Position numbers and translations under genes: made by a program
In this document: piece after piece, positions 54,033 through 64,000 of the stretch
Layout: every line of letters begins with the position of its first letter
Position numbering within the stretch: position 1 is the first letter of the stretch
Source of the DNA: Octopus sinensis
Lineage: Eukaryota
Length of the DNA: 64,000 nucleotides
Reading direction: 5' to 3'
Assembly: GCF_006345805.1 (NCBI RefSeq)
Contig: NC_043012.1
Span: 47,926,001-47,990,000, forward strand
Notes under the pieces: generated by a model
What the model was told of the DNA's origin: nothing
Seen by the model: the letters and a program-made list of their open reading frames with translations, nothing else
The model's database searches: none

Positions 54033-57000
54033 TATACACGTATGTATGTGTGTATGTGTATAAAAATCAGTATATTTGCTATTGTGACTTCAATGCTTTC
54101 AATCAATAATTTGGTGCTATGCCTACACACAGTGACATGCACAGACTTACTCAATCATAGACTTACGCATACATAGACACGCACATGTGTATATGATAAA
54201 CACATAGGCATACACAAACATCCGTATACAAACATCACGATATTAATACATCGACAAATGTATATTAATATACAGATTTTAATATAGAAATATCAGCCTA
54301 CAAAATCACGCATTATATATAAAAGAATGTTCCTGTACAACTAGACCAAAAACTTAAATCTAATACATTTTATTTACATATTCCTATTTGCACCTGTGAT
54401 CACCATGCTATGGTTCAGCGTTGGTACACTCGTGGATGCAAGTCCATAAGAATATAAACTAAATTCCTACTTGAAGCTATCGTTTATAAAACTTAATAAG
54501 CGTATGTTAAAAAATAGTTGACATAATTGAATGATTAACAATGCGCGTGTGTGTATGTGTATGTGAAATTCTTTTCGATGGACATTACGTCTAGCTACAA
54601 TGAACGGGAAACTCGACAGCTGAGTGACATGTGTTCCCATAGGTCGATGGCTGGCTTAGTATTATTACAAATCTCATTGGTTCATCGATTCCTGTCTCAC
54701 CGGTACGAGGTTAATGCAGGCTCGACTGTCAAACATTGTCAGACGTTAATATACAATATTATTTAAGTATCAGAGATCGGATGAGGTGGGGATTCCATAA
54801 AGGTTGACTTGGGAACTATAGAAATATTCATATTAGTAATCAAATTGTCAATCATTATAGTTTTAAGGGACTTCTTACATCAAAAGATTGAGTCACTAGC
54901 GATCTATCTAAGATGCTCAAGATACTCATTTCTTGTATGTTAACCGATATTTTAAAATGAAGAAGTACACACACACACAAACACACATTCACACAAACAC
55001 ACGCCCGAGAACACACACATACACACGTGTGTGCGTGTGTGTAAGTATGTGCCAGTTTGTATTCATATGTGAGTTCATCATATATATATATGTGTATGTG
55101 AGTGCATATATTTGTAGGAATATGTGCTTATATTTTTATACATTTATACATATATACATATCTATATATATGTGTGTGCGCGCGTGTGTGTGTATGTACA
55201 AATGAACATATTCATTATATATATATATACATATATATATATTTATATATATATATATATACATATACATACATATATACATGTACGCTCCCACACATGC
55301 AACCATATAACGCAGTAAGCTGGAGTGTATATGTATGTTTGTTGCATTACTTACAGTTAGATTTAAATATTCCAATCCCACCTCTCCACCCTTTCAATAA
55401 GATGTGATATATTTTTCTCCTGTCTGATTCCAGAAACGCACGCTATATAACTTATAACGTGAACTAAAAAACTGCTGCAATATCTGAGAAAATTATCTTC
55501 TGATTTAACATCTTAAATTCAACCATCAAATTGCATTTAATTAAAGCAATTTCACTAATTGGATCTGAAATTGTCATGCAATAATTTAATGCCACTTAAT
55601 TGTTTTATTCAAAAATATATACACCAATGTATTGCTCATATTGAGAACACCAAGTGTAGATAAATTAATGTAGCCTAATCATAGACCGTATTATAACTCC
55701 CAGTTTTTCCCTCCCTTTGCTTTTTTTGTATTTCAATTTATTAAAGTGTGTCTCATTTATATCTGCTATGGCTATATTTATGGCTTACGTACATACATAC
55801 ATGCATACATACATACATACATACATAAATACATATATACATACATACATACACACATACATACATACATACATACATACATACATACATACATACATAC
55901 ATACATACATACATTATACATACATGCATGTGTGTGCTTGTATATATATGCATTTATATAAAACTATGAATGAATGTGCTTCAAGTGTGTGTATATGAGT
56001 GTGTTTGTAAATTGGCAATTAGCTACTTTATAATGGTTTTAAGCATAAAATAGAAAAACAATATATTCAAGAGTATTCCTTCGATGTTGGCAATTCCATA
56101 CATGAATCTATTCACTATCAGATATTCACAGTAACTTATACTTGACTTATTTTCCTCTTGATTTCCCTGCGAATATTTAAAATCTAAGGAACGTTTCAGT
56201 ATATCTGGTCGTCCTTCAGTCTGTAACCATTGCTGTAATCTATACAATAGTTTTGCGATAACTGAGTTATAATTCTGAATGATAAAGTTAAGTAAAATTA
56301 GGTTAGTTGAAAATAGTATGTCTTGAGTTCATAAGAGTTATCGACAGAAGTATAACATTTGGTACAGAGGTGAATTGCTTCTGCATCAAATGAGATATTA
56401 ACATTTGTACCAAATGATATAAGTCTCTTAGCAGTTGTAGACATTACTATATGCCATCACACATGTTAATGAATTTGAAACGACATGAGGTCACGCGGTA
56501 AACCCATATGTTGTAAATTGCATATTTCCATATTATATAAACATCAATCTAGTGTATAATTACTTCAGTATTCATTCTCCTTTGCCAGAAGACACTGTAA
56601 TGTAATTGATTTTATGGTGGTGTTGATATTAAGTATTTGATCGATATACCACCCACTGAAGAGGGAGTTGTTAAAAAGTGGCATGCAAAGATTTTATCGT
56701 TAGCAATGAAATTGCTGAAAACACAGATATTTAATTAAATATCTAACTGATTTCAGTGTTCAACTTTACACGATATGTTGTTTTTGTCACTAAGAATGTT
56801 GAGTTCGTGAGACATATATTTAATTAGCAGAAAGAGACGAGGTAAGACATTACACAGACGACTTCAGGATTCAAAGCTTTCACTGTAAAGTCCTACACGC
56901 TAAAATAGAAAAGAGTAGCTTTACCTATCAAGTGACAATCATTTACGTCTTAAATTTCATATTAACCCTTATTTTCAATAGAGAGTTTTTTCAAAGAATA

Positions 57001-59272
57001 CACAATTTTGAGGGGATGCTTGTGCGGGGTCGTTAAACATGTAAAATTTAAATGAGATAGATAGAAACTAGAATCCACGCGATTTAAGAAACGTCGATCA
57101 GGGTTAGATGCAAATTCCCCACTCCCCAACATGCTTCATTGTATTTTTCTTTGTATAGTCTCAGGTTTGTTGTTTTAACTTAACATAATACCGCAGGAAA
57201 TTAAATGCAGTAACGTAAACTGGATGTAATGTTAAAGTGCAATAAAGTTGTACAGACATTTAGTATTACATTAGCTGTTATATTTCGAAATTTACTAACT
57301 TAAAAGAATCAAAGCTAAATGTTACTTTGAAAGTACCAGTGTATGGTTCCTGAACAGTTGTTGACAGTTCGAAGTAAATGAATGTTCTTTGTAAAATAGA
57401 CTTCTCGAATTCCATTTAGAAACATCGGAAAGTACGTTTGCCTTGTTATTGATGGAAAACTAATCTCTATCACTTACCTAATAGAGACTGTGACCAAATT
57501 ACACTACAGGAGTTAATTAAATGTATTGAGAAGCTAAAATGATTTCCCGCTGCTCTAACATCTTCGTTACAGTCTCTGACCTGGTAGCAATAAATCTTAG
57601 TAAAAGATTAATTTGGAATTAGTTAAGAGCATTTGCTAACGCTAATGAGTATGTAATGCATTAATTAATGAAAAGTGGAGATACATAATATCTAAGTATC
57701 TCATTTCAGTCAAGACATGGAAGCTTAATCCTGTATTCTAAAAATAAATTCCGTTGCAGAAAGATTGTTTACATTTTACTGAAGCTTTGTACAGAAATTT
57801 TTGTCAAACATCCGTCTCATAGGATAAACAGATAATTCATTACTCTTTTCTTTCAAATAGAATTAGAAAGCGGTTCTAGTTGAGTCAAGATCGAAATCAA
57901 TTTTAATAACTGATAACTGAATCTGCTGATGCTTTTAGAAATTGCTGGTAAATCTCGAGTATCTTTCGCAACATGTTATCATAGAACCAATTACATATTG
58001 TCTGATTGCTGATTACAGAAAAAAAGCAATCACTTAATTGGTAAAGTATTGATTAATACATTAGTAGCAGGTGTTTAATTACTGATTCACACTTACAACA
58101 CCTAATTAGAACCAGTTCCCAGCACTAACACAGGGAAATCCCATAACTATCCACAATACCTTCCAAATTTTAGTCCTTGAAAAAAATCCTAATTAAGCAA
58201 TGAAATAATATTGATGTCCAATTTAGAGGATACGGATAGTTCTTATCGCTGACGTTTACCCCAGGTAAAACCTGATGAGGTTGATCTGCGGTCATGATAA
58301 CCTAGTCGTGACCATCCCGTTTGATGTAGAATTTTCACTTTATTTACTGAGTTATTTTTAAAACTGTAGCAGGTTGTGATATGAATGAACGTTGCTGCTA
58401 TTTTTAGTAGATCGACCAATGGCAGAGAGATTTCTGTAGCTAAAAGAATTCACTTACTATTATAGTTTGCAAGAGCAAATGGATTTAGACAATAGTAGAA
58501 TATGAATAAACTCAGGCCCTATAAACTTGAGCCTGTAGAATTTTTGGCTTCACTATAACACTTTACGGCATAATAATAATTGGAGAAAACATATTAACAA
58601 CATACCATGCATTTTATTAAATTCTACGAACAGTTACAGGCCTTGAAATCAGTTAGTTCGATTAAATAAATCTGTCATTTAGTATTTCATGCTTAAAACA
58701 AAATGAATTTTTCTTTTGGAATTTATGACGTTGAAATCCAAAGTATATTTATTGACCGGTTGCTCGGATTCAAGCGCGCTTTATTTTACAGTTAACAACC
58801 TTGATTTATGTGGGAGGACAAACACGTAACATGTCTCATAGAGTTGTTAGGACTTTCATAAGAGGTGCGACAAGCATTAACAAGCAATATTTAAGAGATA
58901 CAGTTTACGATCCGAATAAATTAAAAAATATGACATTTCAAATATTGTGTTAGCTGTAATTTCATATACAGCATTGTTTGATGAACATCTACCTGGAAGA
59001 GTATTTGTGTATATGGAATTTTTCAAAAGTAAATCTAATTTTAAAATATGTATATCGTATTTTAACAAGCAAAAGCTATTTTTATCAAGTTCTAATTCAT
59101 AATAAAATTAATTTCTAATGATCTATTCGTAAAGGATAACAAAAAGCAACTTACATGACAAATATTTTGAGTCTTGATCTGCAGTCTGAAAAAACATAGT
59201 TATATTCAAACGTTTTGTATACATACATACCTACATATAATCACACACTCATTATGTATATATATATACATA

Positions 59273-59405
59273 CTTTATTTAAAGCAGCAGAAAATTCAAC
59301 AAAACCTGTTACTCTGAGTTTCCCGTTGCCGTTCATCGGACAGTTTTTGCAACGGGAAACTCAGAGTAACAGGTTTTGTTGAATTTTCTGCTGCTTTAAA
59401 TAAAG
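59273..59405. repeat. Perfect fold-back palindrome (57-bp arms, 19-nt spacer) containing a hammerhead motif
   Basis: 59273-59329 is the exact reverse complement of 59349-59405. Confidence 0.95.
59301..59348 (-). ncRNA. Minimal type I hammerhead motif with CCGATGA (U4C) core
   Basis: Minus strand AAAAACTGT-CCGATGA-A-CG-GCAA-CG-G-GAAA-CTCAGAG-TA-ACAGGTTTT. Stem I is 4+4 bp, stem II is a short GCAA-capped stem, stem III is ACTC/GAGT, and the triplet is GUA. Confidence 0.65.
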
Positions 59406-60451
59406 CATATTACTCTACCACTGGTATTTGAGTACTCTGTTTTCCACTTTGTTTCACATTTATGTGTTTACTCCGGTATATATATAAATATATATATGAA
59501 ATGAGGTACTCAAAAATTCGGATGGTTTTATATTTACAGATATTTATTTGTATATTACATGTTTTTATACATAATATATCATATATCATATATCATATAT
59601 TAGCGTTTTCGTCCATTCTGGTGGAGTTTTCAAGTTGAATTAAGTTCTTGGGGAAAATTTGACCATTTATTGTTATTGAGTGTGTAGTGATGGGGAAGGA
59701 TATAAGATAGTACAAGAGGTTGATGAATGGGGAGAAAATGAGAGATAGCATGTATGTGTGTGTGTGTGCGTGCGCGTGTGTGTTTTTGTATCTGAAAGGT
59801 GTTAAAGAAAAAGAAGGAAAGGAAGAAAAGGGAGAGAAAGAATAAAAAATTGTTTTGTTGGTCTTTTTGTGGTTGGTCAGGATGTTTACTCCAAGGGGGC
59901 ATGAGAGAGAGTGTGTGTGTATGTGTGTGTGAGTGTGAGTGTGTATTTGTATCTGAAGGGGTATTAAGGAGAAAGAAGGAAAGGAGGTAGAGGGTGAGAA
60001 ATTTTGTTGATTTCCTTGCATTTGGTAGGTTTGTCAATAATAATTCTTCTTGGCTTACAGTGATTGTAAATCCAGCTGTTTTCTCGAAAGGGGGCAAAGT
60101 GTCACTTTTGAATCAATTGTTTTTATTTCCTTTTTATCATTGTCTTGTGAGGGTTTGTGTGTGTTTATGTGCGTGTGTGTGGGTGCCTGTGAATCTGGAA
60201 AGGGAGTCGTTGGTGAAGAGAATAAAGAAGAAAAAGAGGAAGAAGAAATAATTGTGTTGATATTTATACCACTATTCAGTTCTTTCCATCCAATCTTTGA
60301 TTCCTGTGCTTACATGGGATAGAGAATCTGGATTAGAGGTTGTTTTTATTTATGTATATGTACATATGTGTAGAACTGTGTGTGTGTGTTTAATACAATT
60401 TACTTTACAAATTTGGTCCTTCATCTTGTACAACTAATTAGAGAAATATTT

Positions 60452-61280
60452 TCAGTTATTCAATTTGCGGGAGAACTTAGTTATGAAGTATTTTTCCATA
60501 TTCCTCTTGAAGGAGGTGTCATTCTTTGGAAATTTGTAGAACGGAAAGATCTTAAATTTTCCTTCTCCACATGTATCTAGGTGTTTACTCAGTGGTATCT
60601 TGCGCAGTTCCTCCTGTCGGACATGTTGTCGGTGAATTCTGGCTCGTTGGCATAAAGAATTTCCAGTTTCACCTTTATAAACCTCCTTGCATGTGGGGCA
60701 GGTTATGCAGTATATTACGTTCTGCGTCTTCCAGTTCATATCTGCATTTACTTTGAATGTGTGACCACTTTTAAATTTCATTTCTTTGTCTCCCTCTATG
60801 TATTTATAGGTGGGGTTGCTGCATATCCCACATCTACCATTTCCGCAATCTTTTACAAAGAATTCAGTTTTAGTTTCTGATGAGAATTTCGCTCTTGTTA
60901 GTTGTTTCTTCAGGTTTTTGTTTTGTCGTCTACTGTTTTTTATATAATATTTGATTAGTATGTGTTCCATTTTGGGGCTTTGTAGGACTATTGGTAGGTT
61001 TGAATGTATGATTTAAAACATGTTGTTAACTCTAGGGTTGTGTGTGTTTATGAAAGGGATAATGTTTTCTTTGTTTTTTGTTTTGGGGGTCCTGAGTTGT
61101 GTGATGTTCAGTTTCATTGCTCTAGAGATTCCATTTTTTATTAGTTTAGAGGGGTATTTTTGTTCTAGTAGGAGGTTTTTAAGTTCATCTAGTCTTATTA
61201 GGCGTGTTTGTGAAGATCGGTGAGGATTTCGAGCTGATTTCAAGTGAGTACTAGGCCTATTGCATGTTTTGACTGACCCA
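60452..61280 (-). mobile_element. 5'-truncated Penelope-like retroelement: RT thumb/linker plus GIY-YIG endonuclease
   Basis: RLIRLDELKNLLLEQKYPSKLIKNGI...IPFINTHNP, one in-frame TAA, then CGNGRCGIC...NVIYCITCPTCKEVYKGETGNSLCQRARIHRQH...EKYFITKF. This is the PLE-type GIY-YIG with Cys linker. Confidence 0.9.
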
Positions 61281-63419
61281 TAAATCAAACGTAACCTTAT
61301 TTCTGCATGTAACATTACCGTAGATATATAGTGTTTGATTTGAATTTAGTGTTTCAATCTGATTTGTGATGAATTCGTTACGATTAATGACGATTTCAAG
61401 CTGAAATAACAGTGGGGAAAATATAACTTGGTATTAGGCATTCTTTCCTTTTTTTTATTATTACCTTCTGAATTGGGACGCGTCTAATAAGCCGCTGCGA
61501 TATACAATAAATGTGTGTGTGCGTGTGTGCGTGTGCGTGTGTGCTTGTGCGTGGAGAGAGAGAGAGAGATTGAGGGAGAGGGAGATAGACTGGCAGACAG
61601 AAAGAGAGGTAGATAGATAATATCTGCTCTGTGTGTTTGTCCGTATCTGCGTTTATGTCTCCACAATTATTTTGTAACGATTCGATAAAAGGAGTATCAG
61701 TAACATAAATACTCCTTTGATCTTATGAATGCCCTGTGCAGCATATATGCACAAGGAGATATGAAAGTGTTGTGTCCAAGTTAATGCTTTTTGTTAAAAC
61801 CCGCTTTCTGCATTGACATTATGATACAGTTTTAAACATGTCAGCTCACACACTGAAGAAATAAAAATCAGAACAGAATAGCATCAGCAAATGATTATAG
61901 CCAGAACGAAACTAAGGGAATAGTTGAAGTTTCAGTTGGCTAAATGGTTGGTATTGAGATGAAAACGTGAAATTGTTGTTATGCTACAGTAAAGGATATG
62001 TAAGAGTCCTGAAGAGAACTGCGTTATTTATTTTATTTTCTTACTTAAAGAACGTGTTGGTTGGGGGAAAAATTATAAAACGCTGGAGCAGTGAATACAC
62101 TCAGTTCTGGCTCAAAAGCTAGAAGATTAATCAATGAGCTTTATTCTATCATAATATCTAACAAAGAGTTCTTAAGATCGATATAATATGAAACAATAAA
62201 TTTTAAAACTCATAGTTAATTTTGCTTTATTGTTGTGTTGAAATCTCTGTTGAAATGTCAAGCATTTCAATACTTCAGATCTATCTCCCAAACCAACTTA
62301 AAAACCATAATATATCTATTTGAAACGGATTCAAGAAAGAATTTTCAAGGATTTATGTGGCTGGCTGCTATTATCATCTCGGAGAATGATTCAAGACGAG
62401 GAATTGTCGAAGAAATAGAAGAATAAAAAATAAACATAGAGGAAGAAATTACATACTCTGAAAATAAATCACACGACTATATCCATATTACTTCTTATGA
62501 GCAGAAATAAATATAGAACAAATAGCCATGCGTTTTATGTGTTAGAATGTAAATGTAATTTGCTTTATACCTAAGTAAAGACAGTCAAACACCCATATAC
62601 ATACATTCGCATAAACACAAACACACTGACAAGCACTCGTATACATATTAACACGCACACGTACGTAAGGACACAGACATACATACACACATAGTTTATA
62701 TATGTTTCCAACTACGTGTCTGTATTTGTACGTGCTAATGAGTAAAAATCATGTCGAAGGTTCATTCAGAACAGCACGTTTATACTAATACCGACATTTT
62801 CCCACTAATCCTGGATAATATTTGTGCAACTCACTTAAACGTGGAAAGTCTAAATGAAATGCCTAAAGCTGATCTGGTGATGGTGGGCGGAATCCCAAAC
62901 TTGATTTGGTAAATTAGATGTAGATTTTCACTGCAAAACATCCATTTCAAACAGTTTGAGTGAAATATCAATTCTACACGAAATGGCTGCACAAGATTAA
63001 TATGTAAATGAAATATTATTTAGTCTACGCAACTAATCCTGTAATAAATGGATTATTTATATATTACTTTGCTTATATATTTATTCGTGATTTTTCTTCT
63101 TTTGAGCAGCGACAAAAATTATATCTGTTGACCTACACTGAAAGACAGAAAATTATAAGAAGAGAGAACAGAGGAACAAAGTGACTGCAGTAGTTTATAG
63201 TACTCTATTTTTAACTGATAGTTGTTATTCTATCGACTTCTCTTACTTATATAGAAATTTCTTAGATGGCCTCATTTATACGATGTTATGAATAAAATCG
63301 ACACACTATATCGTACATGACACTATATCGATGATGGAAGCTTATAAAATACAATAACAGTAGTTTCCATGTTCAGAATGTAGCCATAAATCCCAGCAGG
63401 GATATGGTGATAATATCGA

Positions 63420-63744
63420 ACTCAGTACGTTATTTACATTATTTACATTTGATGGATATTTATCCTTATCTTGTTTGTTGTTAGCACAACGTTTCGGGTG
63501 ATATACCCCCCAGCTTTCTTCAGGTGCCCTGGAGAAATTTCGAACCTGGATTCTCATTCCTAAGATATTTTTTGATGTTGTTGTTGTCGTTGTTGTTGTT
63601 GTTGTAGCTGTTGTTGTTGCTGTTGTTGTTGTTGTTGTTGCTGCTGTTCTTCTTCTTCTTCTTCTTCTTCTTCTTCTTCTTCTTCTTCTTCTTCTTCTTC
63701 TTCTTCTTCTTCTTCTTCTTCTTCTTCTTCTTCTTCTTTTTCTT

Positions 63745-63776
<32 letters not shown>

Positions 63777-63850
63777 GACTCAGGTCACTGCCTGGAATCG
63801 AACTCTGAATCCTGCGGTTAGTAGCCAACGCTCTTTACCCCTAAGACGTG
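63420..63850 (-). mobile_element. tRNA-headed SINE with internal trinucleotide expansion and 3' hammerhead motif
   Basis: A-box-like TAGGGGTAAAGAG and B-box GAGTTCGATTCC (63794-63805), then (AAT)n/(AAG)n/(AAC)n, then the HHR motif at 63484-63527. Confidence 0.7.
63484..63527 (-). ncRNA. Minimal type I hammerhead motif with degenerate stem II
   Basis: Minus strand GCAC-CTGAAGA-A-AGCTG-GGGGGTATAT-CACCC-GAAA-CGT-T-GTGC. The core is intact, stem I is 4 bp and stem III is ACGT; stem II has two mismatches. Confidence 0.65.
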
Positions 63851-64000
63851 GGCAATTATAGAGTGAATTTTGGGGCTTATAAATCCAGTATTTTCCCATA
63901 TTATACTCATATCTGCACTAGGTGTGCTTAGGGGGTTATTATGTCCTAGCATATGAGCTACTTCTTTTAGTAAACATATTTTCCAGTTGTGTTATCTATA

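Noticed and set aside
56187-56222. Minus-strand CTGAAGGA...CTGAAACGTT as a hammerhead
   Set aside because: A9 is replaced, stem II is marginal and no stem I can form.
58266-58310. CTGATGA-GGTT...AACC as a hammerhead
   Set aside because: The stem is not followed by GAAA or a stem III.

Overview
AT-rich, microsatellite-dense eukaryotic DNA with no host protein-coding gene I can support. The SINE families and repeat style look like an octopus (coleoid cephalopod) genome; that is recognition from memory, not a database result. Most ORFs in the track are translations of (TA)n, (TG)n, (TATG)n or trinucleotide repeats. The real coding remnants all come from decayed transposons: L1/Tx1-like ORF1 and ORF2 start, CR1, three RTE-type families, an R4/Dong-like RLE tail, mariner DD34D, maT DD37D, a rosa/Visitor-like Tc1/mariner, and a Penelope-like RT-thumb/GIY-YIG fragment. 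The most notable signal is non-coding. About nine type I hammerhead-ribozyme (HHR) motifs, intact or slightly degenerate, occur in at least five unrelated sequence contexts. Several sit in fold-back palindromes with outward-facing ribozymes (35607-35763, 53194-53693, 59273-59405, 52334-52661). Two lie in tandem on one strand (24361-24563). One is inside a tRNA-headed SINE (63420-63850). Several share a CUGA-to-CCGA core change. This points to a Penelope-mobilised set of ribozyme-bearing non-autonomous elements. An RTE copy with a twin-priming-type 5' inversion and a (TAA)n-embedded non-coding retroposon are also present. All RNA structures were paired by eye; none was computed or tested.
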